A DNA stretch of 64,000 bases from a virus. This document shows positions 42,975-52,852 of this stretch, piece by piece (position 1 is the first letter of the stretch; every line of letters begins with the position of its first letter). The stretch lies in IMG/VR virus record IMGVR_UViG_3300045988_149975. One strand, given 5' to 3'. The notes beneath the pieces are model-generated. The model had not been told where the DNA came from. It did not search any database and worked only from the letters and a program-made list of their open reading frames with translations. A program made the position numbers and the translations under genes.

Positions 42975-44840
42975 TCACTTTACTACCTCTGCTTCAATAG
43001 GTTTTTCTTCTGTTAAAAGTGCTTCAAGTATTCCTCCGCTGCGTGGATTACTACCCTTTACAACGGTACTTTCTATAGTTCCACCTTTTACTACCGTTTT
43101 ACTTACTGTTACAGGATTACCATTTACCTCATTCTGTAATTTATGTAGTTTTTCTAAATAACCCCATGCATCTTTCATTAAATCAGAAGTTCTTTCTGTA
43201 GCTATACCACCTTGTTGAGTTTCTTGTAAATATGATTTCTGTACTCTTTCCAAAGCTAAATCGGCTAAAGAAGTCATACCATCTATTACATCATCTTGAT
43301 TACGAGTATTAAACTTACGGAAAAGATTATCGTAAGCACAGATATATCCTGCTTGATATTCAGGACAATTAGTTGCTAATACGCACCTGTCACATGATAA
43401 TCTTGCTATTGCTTTAGTAGAAATTTTCTTTTGTTTTCTTAATTTTTTAATACCTGCCTTAATATTACCGTCTTTATCATATATAGGTGTAATATCATTT
43501 CTAATAAGTTCTTTTTCTACCTCATCCTTATCATAACCTGCTGTAAGCAGCGCAGGAAGAAGTTTTCCACATTCCTCTCTTGATAACTCCACCTCTGTAT
43601 ACTCTTTATCTGTAATATACTGCTGACGCTCTAATGCTTTACGTTCATTATCTAAAGGCTCATGTAAATTCTGTAAAGCCCTCTCCTGTCCATTTAAAGC
43701 GTTTTTAAAAGCCTCTTTTAAGAAGGCTATACATTTATCCTTTGTATTATATTTAACACCCTCTGCGCCAAAATATGCGCAAATTTCAACTAAATCTTCA
43801 AGCTGATAAGCATTTAAGTCTTTATTATTAATAAAGTTATAAAAATCTAATAATAAAGTAGTGCCAAAATCTTTAGGTACTTGTGTATCTATACCTGCTT
43901 CATCTAACTTATCTTCCCAATCGTTCATATCAGTTGAAAACCACTCATAAGAAGGTAACTTATACATCTTTCTATCACTCCAATACTTTTTAGGGAACAT
44001 AACCTGTTTTACATACTCTTCCATTTTCTTAAAAGCAATAGCTGATGCTTTCATAAGTTCAGTTGACGCTTCTATATCCAATAATTTAGGATTAAGTTTA
44101 AGTGCTTCTAACTTTCCACGATATTCCCCATCTTTCCATTGCTCTTTTTTCAACCTTTTAAGTTTACCACCTTCAAAATAGTTTACTTCCCCGAACTGTG
44201 AACCCGTAAGCCAACTTGTCATATCAGCAGAGAAAAAAGGATGTTTGAGTAATAATTTATTACTTCCTACACCAAAACCATGTATTTTAGCTTTATTTTT
44301 GACTGCTATCTCAAAAAGTTTATCAATATACTCAATAGGATTATCTAAACTTGCGTTCATTTCAACAGCAGAAAAACCAACATAAGGATGTTTTCTACAA
44401 AGTTTATCAAAATCCTCAAAGCTATCATCTAAATGATATACATATATTACAGGTATACCCTCTTCTTCTAAAGGCATAAAATATTCTTTACGCCATCTTT
44501 CTACAACATCTTTGCCAACAAGACTTGATAAGTCAAGTTCTACACAAGCAAAGATTAAATCTCTATGCTTTTTAACAAAGCCTATGTATTTCTTTAGATA
44601 ATCTTCCCACCACTCTACGCTTTTATCACGATATTGAGCGTCATTTATGAAAGTATGTGCGCCACTGTCAATAAGAAATTTCATTCCTTTTTTCTTGTAT
44701 AACCGTTCTTCTATCTCCTCTTTACCTCTACGCCTTATATAGTAATAAGACAATAATAAATTTTTAGTGACTGCACTTGCTATATCATAAATTTGTTTAG
44801 GCTCAACACCTGATAAAAATAATGTAAATTCGCTTTTCAT
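42975..44840 (-). CDS. large protein, possibly DpdA/TGT-like DNA-guanine transglycosylase
   Basis: FLIDSGAHTF resembles the TGT DSGGFQ motif. C-terminal Cys cluster CDRCVLATNCPEYQAGYIC. Lies adjacent to QueC-like and near QueE. Weak. Confidence 0.3.
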   Translation of the reverse strand: MKSEFTLFLSGVEPKQIYDIASAVTKNLLLSYYYIRRRGKEEIEERLYKKKGMKFLIDSGAHTFINDAQYRDKSVEWWEDYLKKYIGFVKKHRDLIFACVELDLSSLVGKDVVERWRKEYFMPLEEEGIPVIYVYHLDDSFEDFDKLCRKHPYVGFSAVEMNASLDNPIEYIDKLFEIAVKNKAKIHGFGVGSNKLLLKHPFFSADMTSWLTGSQFGEVNYFEGGKLKRLKKEQWKDGEYRGKLEALKLNPKLLDIEASTELMKASAIAFKKMEEYVKQVMFPKKYWSDRKMYKLPSYEWFSTDMNDWEDKLDEAGIDTQVPKDFGTTLLLDFYNFINNKDLNAYQLEDLVEICAYFGAEGVKYNTKDKCIAFLKEAFKNALNGQERALQNLHEPLDNERKALERQQYITDKEYTEVELSREECGKLLPALLTAGYDKDEVEKELIRNDITPIYDKDGNIKAGIKKLRKQKKISTKAIARLSCDRCVLATNCPEYQAGYICAYDNLFRKFNTRNQDDVIDGMTSLADLALERVQKSYLQETQQGGIATERTSDLMKDAWGYLEKLHKLQNEVNGNPVTVSKTVVKGGTIESTVVKGSNPRSGGILEALLTEEKPIEAEVVK

Positions 44841-45025
44841 CTATCAAAGGAACGGTATAAAGGATTACGGCGAAGCCTATCTACTCTCGAACTTAACCTA
44901 TTCCATGTTCGCTGATTCCATGTCGGTCGATTTCGGCGTAAACGCCCTGTATCATTACGTTTAATGTCAATAGACACATCATTATTACTATTGCCTAATG
45001 TATTATAATCTTTTCTACTACCCAT
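44837..45025 (-). CDS. small Arg-rich protein
   Basis: 62-aa ORF. Confidence 0.3.
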   Translation of the reverse strand: MGSRKDYNTLGNSNNDVSIDIKRNDTGRLRRNRPTWNQRTWNRLSSRVDRLRRNPLYRSFDR

Positions 45026-45603
45026 TATAATTCCCCCATTTCATTTTTAGTTAAATAGAATTTATATTTCTGTGCTTCTCGCCATTTACAGTCAGTACAT
45101 TGTCCACAAGGCTCTCCTACATTATTTGCAAAATTACAGGAAAAAGTATCTTCTAAATTAACATTTAAAGAGCAGCCTATACGATACACTTCATCTTTAT
45201 CCTTGTCTATAAATGGTGCAATTACTTTATATTTGTCCTCAAATTCCACTCTTAAATAAGCATTTATAGCATCCACCCACTTTTGAGTAGTATCTATAAA
45301 TTCTGTATTAGCAATTAATCCTATATAAATATTAGCGTCCTTTGGATATACCCTATTAATTAATTCTAATACAAATCTTGCATTACGGCAAGGATTAAAA
45401 CCATCTTTTTCAATTTTGGAGCGCATTTTATCAAAATAATCAAACTCTTTATTCTCCAAAATTTCACCTACATTAATAAGTTTACTATCTGTATCTTCCA
45501 TAATAAAGAAAAATGTTTTAGGATTTAAACCTTTATGTTCCATCCATGCCTTCAACACTGTACTGTCATAACCATGACTCCATAATAAAAAATTATCTCT
45601 CAA
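45025..45603 (-). CDS. queC: QueC-like 7-cyano-7-deazaguanine synthase (PP-loop ATPase)
   Basis: Degenerate PP-loop LLWSHGYDST. C-terminal zinc motif CGQCTDCKWRE, of CGxCxxCxxR type. Confidence 0.45.
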   Translation of the reverse strand: MRDNFLLWSHGYDSTVLKAWMEHKGLNPKTFFFIMEDTDSKLINVGEILENKEFDYFDKMRSKIEKDGFNPCRNARFVLELINRVYPKDANIYIGLIANTEFIDTTQKWVDAINAYLRVEFEDKYKVIAPFIDKDKDEVYRIGCSLNVNLEDTFSCNFANNVGEPCGQCTDCKWREAQKYKFYLTKNEMGEL

Positions 45604-45808
45604 TCCAAACTACGCCCCTTTTCTTTCTATATTTTGTAACAAGAGTATATAAACTCTTTGTACCAAATATAAATACCTTATTAAAGTTGAAAGCATTAAG
45701 AATATCTATATCGCCACCATAAAAAATTTCAAAAGGTACATTAAACTTTTTACAGAAATTATAAACTGCCACAATATTTATGTCCCCTATACTGCAAAAG
45801 ATATTCAT
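45593..45808 (-). CDS. hypothetical protein
   Basis: 71-aa ORF. Confidence 0.3.
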   Translation of the reverse strand: MNIFCSIGDINIVAVYNFCKKFNVPFEIFYGGDIDILNAFNFNKVFIFGTKSLYTLVTKYRKKRGVVWIER

Positions 45809-45868
45809 TTTTTTTTGCCATTTAAGTGAAATTCAAGCACATCTGATATATCCTCTTCTGTCAAAATC

Positions 45869-46261
45869 TTATTTGACAGGACAAGTGCTTGCTGCATTTA
45901 ATTTTACCTCCAAGTCTGTTAAGTTATCAACAGAACTATCATCTAAATAAACGTGGGCAAATACTTTTCTTGCTCTTAAATTTTCTATCCACCATTTCAT
46001 ACCGTCAGGGAACATTTCTTTTATACGCTCCAAATCATCATTAACAGCGTCAAACTCTAATCCCAACTTTTTACAATAAGAAACTGCCTCATCTAAACTC
46101 TTACCACACCTGCAAGTCCAAAGGATTAATTCGTTCCCTGCTTCTTTTAATTCTATGAGTTTTTCTATTACACATCTACCGCTTTTATCTTCTTTAAGAT
46201 AGCCAATATTCGGAAAAGCATTTTCTACGATAGTTCCATCAAAATCTACTGCTATAATCAT
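45869..46261 (-). CDS. HAD-superfamily phosphatase (5'-nucleotidase-like)
   Basis: HAD motif I MIIAVDFDGTIV; the start is placed at this Met rather than the ORF-track start. Confidence 0.55.
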   Translation of the reverse strand: MIIAVDFDGTIVENAFPNIGYLKEDKSGRCVIEKLIELKEAGNELILWTCRCGKSLDEAVSYCKKLGLEFDAVNDDLERIKEMFPDGMKWWIENLRARKVFAHVYLDDSSVDNLTDLEVKLNAASTCPVK

Positions 46262-46304
46262 TTTATACTCCTTATAAAATAGTGCGCCAAAAGGCGCACC
46301 ATAA

Positions 46305-49184
46305 TTAACATTTACTATAGCCACAATTATTACAATAAGCACACTTACCATCAGGAATAAGAGTATACTCACCACATTCAGGGCATTTCATTTTGCCATT
46401 ATGAATATCATCCTTTACCTCATGAATAGCTTTCTGCGTTTCCTCTGTAAGTGCTTTTTCAAAAGTATTTTTAGCATCCTCTATAGCTGTCTTATTTTCT
46501 TGCAAGTCTTTATAAATATCTCTAATTGCACTTGCAATACAAGAAGCGCAAGATTTAGAAATATCTTTTCTACCGCTACGCATTAAATAACTACAAGCAG
46601 GACAGTTAGCGTTGCTTAACTCATCAGCAATATCTAATGCTTTACCACCAAGCCTTAAAGCATAGCTTGTAAGTCTTGCAATAGTAGAAATATTAGCTTG
46701 ACAGCCTGTTTCTGCACCTACAAAAACCTCAAAAATGTGATTATCTTTTACATTTACTGTTACATAAAAATTTCTTACACAAGCTGTATGGTAAACAAAA
46801 GTGCGCCCCCAAAGGGATTTCACTCCATTACGTTTAACAGGCTCAAGATTATCTAACTGTCTTGCTTGCATATCATCTACTGTAACAGGTTCTTTAATAA
46901 TCTCAACTTTTGGCACATGATTTTTAACTTCTTTATTCTCTACATCAGCACGTTTTACACCATGGTCAGTACCAAGGATATTAATGCGTTTGCAGTTATC
47001 ACGAAAAATAGTAATACCCTTACAACCATTTGACCATGCCTGCAAATAAAGGTTAAAAATATCATCTACAGTTGCACTCTCTTTAAGATTAATAGTAGAA
47101 GAAATTGCATTATCTACATAAGACTGCATAGTAGATTGTAAATCAACCCTATCCTTGGGGTCAATATCATAAGTATCTACAATATAAGGAAACTTTTCTT
47201 TAATCTGTTCAGCAGTAAGTTCATTGGGATTATAACCTCTAAATTTTAAAAGATTTTCCACTGCAAGCATATTAATATGGAAAGATTTACCTTCTTTTTC
47301 AAGAACATGAGTAGTTCTATCATAAGACACTTGATAGTATGGTTCTACACCACCACTTTCTCTAAAGAGCATTGAAATTGAACCGGTAGGTGCAATACTC
47401 AATAAAGTGCCATTACGCATATTTTGAGATAAATCCTTTGCCACTCTTGAAGTAAATCTGTACTGAATATCATGTACCATACCACTTTTATCAAATTTTT
47501 CTTTGTCAAATTTACCAAAACTACCCTTTTCTGCCCCTAATTTTGCAGAAGTGGCATAGGCAGTAGTCTGCATATTGCGCATAATAGATGCTATAAGTTC
47601 AATACTTTTTTGACTGCCATATTTAATACCCATTGCTACAAACATATCTGCCATACCAAATATGCCTAAACCAATGCTACGCCAATCATCAATACATTTC
47701 CTATTCTTATCTAAAGGTTGAAGTTCATAACCATAATCAAGAATTTCATCTAATGCGGTTACAGCATTTTTAACTGTATCACAGAATCGCTCCATATTGA
47801 AATGCGCCGTATCAGTATAAGGATTATCTACGAAGTTATAAAGATTAATACTACCTAAATTACAAGCATTATACTCTGAACCTGCAAATTCACCACAATT
47901 CCCTGTCAAAACACCATTGGCAATGAAGGTATGATTTTTAGGCTCATTCATACAATAAACAGTATCAACTACTTCTGCTTCTTCGATAGCTACAACGCTA
48001 ATTTTAGGGCAGGCATAAGCTGTTACAATAAAATCAAGGTCATTATTAAAAACAGGATGTTTATACCAATCTAAAGTGTCACCAACTTTTAAATCTTTAG
48101 CTTCAACTCTGCCGACATCCCTCAATACCCATTTATGGTAAGGGGTACACTGAACAGTAGCACCATTAGAGAATTTAATCTTTAAAGTCTTTTGGTCATG
48201 CCCTGTTACTTTAGGAGTAACTTTGCTCCACTCATAACCATTCCAAACTTCTACCTCTTTACCTGCTAATTCCCCAATAGGTTTATACCCCTTTTTAGTA
48301 AGAATAAGGGTATCACCAGTTACACAAGGGTTTGTAGTATCAATCCTATATTCATTAATAGGATAGCCACTCAATAAGTTACATTCTCTTACATTATCAA
48401 TAAATAATGCCCCAGGCTCTCCCCAATCATACTGCGCTTCACAAAATTTCCTAAAGAAATCTCTTGCATTAATTTCTTTTTTAACCTCTTCACCATTTTC
48501 TTCATTTTTAAAGTGCAACTCAAAATTCTCATTACTAATTACACTTGTCATAAAATCATCAGTGAAACATATAGAAATGTTCGCACCCTGAATTTTATCA
48601 TTATTCTGTTTAATAGTTAAAAATTCTTCAATATCAGGATGGTCACAATTCAAGGAAATCAGAATTGCTGCCCTTCTTCCGTTATTTCCAATAACTTCAC
48701 CAATTACATTATAGACATCCATGAAGGAAACTGCACCGCTTGAAGTCTTTGCAGAATTATTAACTTTAGCACCCTTTGGGCGAAGGTTACTCAAATTAAT
48801 ACCTGCTCCACCGCCAAAGCTAAAAATTCTTGCCATTTCCTTACCTACATCAAAAATAGATTCAATGTTATCTTTAGGTGAGGGAAGAATATAACAATTA
48901 CTTGTTGTGGCTCTAAATTTTCCTTTACAACCTGCTGCATAAAGTGTTCTGCCCGCAGGTAAGAAAGTACCATCTATAATACTCTCTACCATAAAATCTT
49001 GTAATTCTTTTGTAGAAAAAATACTTGATACTCTTTTAATGAAAGCATTAAATCCTGCATCAAAACCTTCCTGTTCTACAATTTTTAACTCGTCATCGTG
49101 CATATATTTTTTCTTTATAATATTTTGCGGAATTTCATCATCCCACCATACTTTATACATATTTACATTACTAATTCTACCCAA
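46305..49184 (-). CDS. nrdJ: class II (adenosylcobalamin-dependent) ribonucleotide reductase with mini-intein
   Basis: Active-site motif TNP-[intein]-CGEF. C-terminal Cys cluster CPECGE...CAYCNNCGY. About 816-aa extein. Confidence 0.75.
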   Translation of the reverse strand: MGRISNVNMYKVWWDDEIPQNIIKKKYMHDDELKIVEQEGFDAGFNAFIKRVSSIFSTKELQDFMVESIIDGTFLPAGRTLYAAGCKGKFRATTSNCYILPSPKDNIESIFDVGKEMARIFSFGGGAGINLSNLRPKGAKVNNSAKTSSGAVSFMDVYNVIGEVIGNNGRRAAILISLNCDHPDIEEFLTIKQNNDKIQGANISICFTDDFMTSVISNENFELHFKNEENGEEVKKEINARDFFRKFCEAQYDWGEPGALFIDNVRECNLLSGYPINEYRIDTTNPCVTGDTLILTKKGYKPIGELAGKEVEVWNGYEWSKVTPKVTGHDQKTLKIKFSNGATVQCTPYHKWVLRDVGRVEAKDLKVGDTLDWYKHPVFNNDLDFIVTAYACPKISVVAIEEAEVVDTVYCMNEPKNHTFIANGVLTGNCGEFAGSEYNACNLGSINLYNFVDNPYTDTAHFNMERFCDTVKNAVTALDEILDYGYELQPLDKNRKCIDDWRSIGLGIFGMADMFVAMGIKYGSQKSIELIASIMRNMQTTAYATSAKLGAEKGSFGKFDKEKFDKSGMVHDIQYRFTSRVAKDLSQNMRNGTLLSIAPTGSISMLFRESGGVEPYYQVSYDRTTHVLEKEGKSFHINMLAVENLLKFRGYNPNELTAEQIKEKFPYIVDTYDIDPKDRVDLQSTMQSYVDNAISSTINLKESATVDDIFNLYLQAWSNGCKGITIFRDNCKRINILGTDHGVKRADVENKEVKNHVPKVEIIKEPVTVDDMQARQLDNLEPVKRNGVKSLWGRTFVYHTACVRNFYVTVNVKDNHIFEVFVGAETGCQANISTIARLTSYALRLGGKALDIADELSNANCPACSYLMRSGRKDISKSCASCIASAIRDIYKDLQENKTAIEDAKNTFEKALTEETQKAIHEVKDDIHNGKMKCPECGEYTLIPDGKCAYCNNCGYSKC
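47898..48326 (-). mobile_element. mini-intein (about 143 aa, no endonuclease domain) in nrdJ
   Basis: Starts CVTGDTLILTKKG after TNP. Ends FIANGVLTGN followed by CGE. Confidence 0.65.
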
Positions 49185-49197
49185 TTCATTCCCTCCA

Positions 49198-49794
49198 TTA
49201 TAATAAAAATTCTTCTGCCATTGGCAACTTCTCTACAAAATCCATGAATACTTTATTCCACGCTTTAAGTCTATGGTTTTTACGCTGCGATACCATAGTT
49301 TTAATTTGCTGATAATTTGTAGAAATACGAGCAGTAAGCTGATAACCCATTGGTACATTAGCAAGTACAGTATCAAAATCACATTCACCTTTATTGTATC
49401 TATCTACATATTCTTCAGCAATAGCGATAACTCTTTCATCTGTACCTTCTACACACATCTTTGCAATATCTGCTTTAAGTAACTTGTGCATTTTACTTGT
49501 GCTACTTACAATCTGCTGAAAATGATACCTTTGCCATTCTGCCCAAAAATATTGTGGCATTTCTAAATCAAACTGAACTATAATACCAGTTAAAAAATTA
49601 TTATGACCGCTTCCGATAGGTGCTTTGGCTAATGCTTCTGCTCTAATAATATGTTTATTTTCATCATCCAATAATGCAATTTTCATTGTCTGTTTATCAA
49701 ATTCTTTAGCATTAGGAGTTTTCAATAACATAGGATAACCCGAAGCCAAAATACTTTCCTCTAAACCATACACATTTACATTACTTATCTCCAT
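49198..49794 (-). CDS. ThyX-like (flavin-dependent thymidylate synthase fold) protein with altered RHR motif
   Basis: GSGHNNFLTGIIVQFDLEMPQYFWAEWQRYHFQQIVSSTSKM parallels the ThyX region HETPFEH..FTF...[17 protein letters not shown]...SGRY, but RHR is replaced by RYH. Confidence 0.45.
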   Translation of the reverse strand: MEISNVNVYGLEESILASGYPMLLKTPNAKEFDKQTMKIALLDDENKHIIRAEALAKAPIGSGHNNFLTGIIVQFDLEMPQYFWAEWQRYHFQQIVSSTSKMHKLLKADIAKMCVEGTDERVIAIAEEYVDRYNKGECDFDTVLANVPMGYQLTARISTNYQQIKTMVSQRKNHRLKAWNKVFMDFVEKLPMAEEFLL

Positions 49795-50008
49795 TTTTTA
49801 CCTCCAAATACTGTCCTGTCTTAATAATATAACCTTTTAACCCACATTTTGAACATACTATATCTTTCAACCATAATTTTGTAGGTGCTACAATAATGCC
49901 ACGATATAAACATTTTAAACAGATGCCCTCAAATACTTGATGAGGAATCTTCTGTTCCCTTAATTCATCCATATCAATTACCATCTTGTTCTTCCTCAAA
50001 TAATTCAT
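49781..50008 (-). CDS. Zn-ribbon protein
   Basis: CLKCLYRG...CSKCGLKG. Confidence 0.35.
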   Translation of the reverse strand: MNYLRKNKMVIDMDELREQKIPHQVFEGICLKCLYRGIIVAPTKLWLKDIVCSKCGLKGYIIKTGQYLEVKNGDK

Positions 50009-50369
50009 TTAAAACCCTGGGAGCATAAGCACGTCCTTCAGTTTTAGCTAATGCTTTTTTAGTTTCATTGACAATCTTACCCATCCTATTAATAGAATTA
50101 TTATCATATCCATTTGCAAGCGGCGTAAGAATATCAATTAAATCTTTAGCTACCCTACGTTCTTTAGAGTATTCATTAATTAACCTACATATTTTAGTCC
50201 GCATTTTTCTATCAGTAGGATAATTAAATTCACAAAAGTGGCGAATATCACCAAAGGCTTTATCTGCTTCATTAACAGTAGTACTACAAATTGAAATATC
50301 GGATTTTGCATCCTTTAAAACTTCATAAAAATCAGAAATAATTTGACAAATCTCTTCTTTTGTTTTCAT
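49974..50369 (-). CDS. hypothetical protein
   Basis: 131-aa ORF. Confidence 0.4.
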   Translation of the reverse strand: MKTKEEICQIISDFYEVLKDAKSDISICSTTVNEADKAFGDIRHFCEFNYPTDRKMRTKICRLINEYSKERRVAKDLIDILTPLANGYDNNSINRMGKIVNETKKALAKTEGRAYAPRVLNELFEEEQDGN

Positions 50370-50416
50370 ATAATCACCTCAATAATGATTATACCACAAA
50401 ATATCTAAAATGTCAA

Positions 50417-51058
50417 TTACTTTACATTTAAAATTTTATGTAATTGTATACCTATCCTGCCCTTTATACTTCCGTCCAGTAAAGTTTTATTTATAAGTTT
50501 TACAGATTCCTCATTGTTATTAACTGGTGAAAGAATTATTTCTGCTTTTGTAGGATATTTCTTCAAAATCTTTTTAGCAAATTCAATATCCCTCTCATTA
50601 TCAATCACAAACTTAACTTCATCATAGGATTTTAATACAGCTAAATTATTATACTTATTAAGCCCTTCTACACCACTACATGGACATTTTATATCCATTA
50701 CATAATTATAGCTTCTTTTATAGTCATCACTATCTATATCTATAAGTCCGCTTGTTTCAATACTTACAATATATGAAAAAGATAAAAGTTCATAAATAAG
50801 CGGGTAAATATCATTCTGTAATAAAGGCTCTCCACCTGTTAAACAAACATATTTATTACCTAATTTACTTACCTCTAACATAATTTTATCCAAACTCATT
50901 AAACTATAATTCTTACCCTCACAAGCATATATTGAATCACAATATCTACAAAATGGCTTTGCAACACATCCATAAAACCTAATAAAAGTAGTAGGATAGC
51001 CCGTATACTTCCCCTCACCTTGTATTGATGAAAAAATTTCAACTACTTTCATTTTCAT
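50417..51058 (-). CDS. queE: 7-carboxy-7-deazaguanine synthase QueE (radical SAM)
   Basis: VEIFSSIQGEG...FIRFYGC...C.YCDS, LTGGEPLL, ETSG. Confidence 0.8.
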   Translation of the reverse strand: MKMKVVEIFSSIQGEGKYTGYPTTFIRFYGCVAKPFCRYCDSIYACEGKNYSLMSLDKIMLEVSKLGNKYVCLTGGEPLLQNDIYPLIYELLSFSYIVSIETSGLIDIDSDDYKRSYNYVMDIKCPCSGVEGLNKYNNLAVLKSYDEVKFVIDNERDIEFAKKILKKYPTKAEIILSPVNNNEESVKLINKTLLDGSIKGRIGIQLHKILNVK

Positions 51059-51422
51059 ACCCCCAATCTAATTTGACAACATCACCATTCTTTCTTCTTC
51101 CAAAATTTCTTGAAAAACTATCGACTAATAAAAAACGTAACTCTTCTTCAGATTTAACTTTAACTTTAAAATATTCCTTTAAATCTAACTTACTATAGTC
51201 ATATTTATTTAATGGTGTAACACGTTCTGCAATATTGCATAAACCAAACGGTAAGGAAACATACAACTTGGTAAGATACTTACTTCTATTCCTGTTTTGC
51301 CATTCATATTTATTCTGTTTTATGCCTTCACCAACTGTACGATAGTATGGAAATTTTAAAACAAAGTTACCTATAATCAATATAAACCTACTACCACCTC
51401 TTGTAGTATAAAACCATTTCAT
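51039..51422 (-). CDS. hypothetical protein
   Basis: 127-aa ORF. Confidence 0.35.
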   Translation of the reverse strand: MKWFYTTRGGSRFILIIGNFVLKFPYYRTVGEGIKQNKYEWQNRNRSKYLTKLYVSLPFGLCNIAERVTPLNKYDYSKLDLKEYFKVKVKSEEELRFLLVDSFSRNFGRRKNGDVVKLDWGYENESS

Positions 51423-51475
51423 TACCCCAACTCCAAATTGGAAGCCTTAAAAAAGAAGCCCCCATAAGAGGGCTT

Positions 51476-51757
51476 TTAATTTAAACTTGTAAATAATTTA
51501 ATCAAAGTGCGTTCTTCACCTTCAACTACAGTAACATCAAATCCTGGGCGCACAACTATATCCCTACCATTTGAAGCAAGAAAACCTCTTGCAACAGCAA
51601 CTGCTTTTACAGCTTGTGATAAACTTGCAGCACCTATACAATGTAATACTACATTTGAAGCTACTGTATTGCCCTCACCTTTAAGAGTTTTAGCAATACA
51701 GCCTGCAAGAGATTTAACATTACTGCTACCACTTACTTTTAATACTACCTCTTTCAT
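51476..51757 (-). CDS. spoVS: SpoVS-like (stage V sporulation protein S family) protein
   Basis: LKVSGSS...LAG.IA..L...IGAASLSQAVKAVAVARGF.A..G.D....F.....EGEERTLIKL aligns with SpoVS. Confidence 0.7.
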   Translation of the reverse strand: MKEVVLKVSGSSNVKSLAGCIAKTLKGEGNTVASNVVLHCIGAASLSQAVKAVAVARGFLASNGRDIVVRPGFDVTVVEGEERTLIKLFTSLN

Positions 51758-51871
51758 TGCCTTACCTTCCTATATTTTCTGCTTATTTATTATACTTTTA
51801 ATCTACATTTAAAGCCTCAATTATACATATTTATTTCTATACTTTATATTATAACATATTTTGATAAAAAT

Positions 51872-52405
51872 TCAACATTGATTTATAATTTTTTTCTCAT
51901 CAATAATAGAGAAAAAATCATTAAATTTCAACATTACAAAATCTTGTGACTTAAACTTTCCTTTTACCTGACTTTGGTGCATTATAAGTACAGGTATTTT
52001 TCCATTAATGCAATCATTTTCTGCCTGTTTAAACCATTCCTGAACGGAAGTCCATCCATTCTTATGATTTTTAAGTTCTAAATGTAAGAGAAAATTTACA
52101 TTATCAGTATAACATACTACATCTCCTCGCAAAGCATTATTCTCAATTCCCTTTAAATAACCACCACTTGATGCTGTTCTACCGAATTTAAGTAAAGGAA
52201 AAATTTTATTCAACTCATTGACTATTTTCCTTTCAAAATTTGCACCTTTAGTTTTAGAGGATTTACCTAAATTGCTTTTTTTAATTTGTTTTTCTAATTT
52301 CTCTATTTCAGGACTGTCAGGAGCATTTTCTTTCAAGAAAACTAATTTATCTTTTAATAAATCAACCCTACGCATTAAACTTTCCGCTCCTATTACTATC
52401 TTCAA
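51872..52405 (-). CDS. putative PD-(D/E)XK nuclease
   Basis: GDVVCYTDNVNFLLHLELKNHK, a D...ExK pattern. Confidence 0.3.
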   Translation of the reverse strand: MKIVIGAESLMRRVDLLKDKLVFLKENAPDSPEIEKLEKQIKKSNLGKSSKTKGANFERKIVNELNKIFPLLKFGRTASSGGYLKGIENNALRGDVVCYTDNVNFLLHLELKNHKNGWTSVQEWFKQAENDCINGKIPVLIMHQSQVKGKFKSQDFVMLKFNDFFSIIDEKKIINQC

Positions 52406-52844
52406 AATCTTTCAAGCGGCGGGAAAGTTCACGGCTCACAAGGAAAGTACCATCTTCATAAGATTTAAGAATATCACTTAAATAATCATACTTTTCAAGT
52501 GCATATTCCATTGCTTTCCTACTCCCCTCTGCAAAAGAGTCATTGAATACCCTTAACTCTTTTTCTGTTACACTCATTCGTGGAGGACATTCTGAAAATA
52601 CCCTGCATTTCTCTTTATCAAAAATTGATTTAGCTTCCCTATATACCGCCCTTGCATCACTCATAAGTGTTCTTACATACATTCTCTGCTGCACAATAGC
52701 ATTAAGATATTTACTAATATCTGATGTGGATAAAATAGTTAAATCCTTGGGCAATGTAAGATAATCAATTTCTACATTTTTATTATTAAACAATACTACC
52801 CCATCTTCCTGTAATTCTTTCTTAATTCTTTCTATATTTGTCAT
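52368..52844 (-). CDS. hypothetical protein
   Basis: 158-aa ORF. Confidence 0.4.
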   Translation of the reverse strand: MTNIERIKKELQEDGVVLFNNKNVEIDYLTLPKDLTILSTSDISKYLNAIVQQRMYVRTLMSDARAVYREAKSIFDKEKCRVFSECPPRMSVTEKELRVFNDSFAEGSRKAMEYALEKYDYLSDILKSYEDGTFLVSRELSRRLKDFEDSNRSGKFNA

Positions 52845-52852
52845 AACTTACC

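Noticed and set aside
51039-51422. QueD (6-carboxytetrahydropterin synthase) expected next to QueE
   Set aside because: No CxxxHGH or zinc-binding His motifs; the sequence does not resemble QueD.
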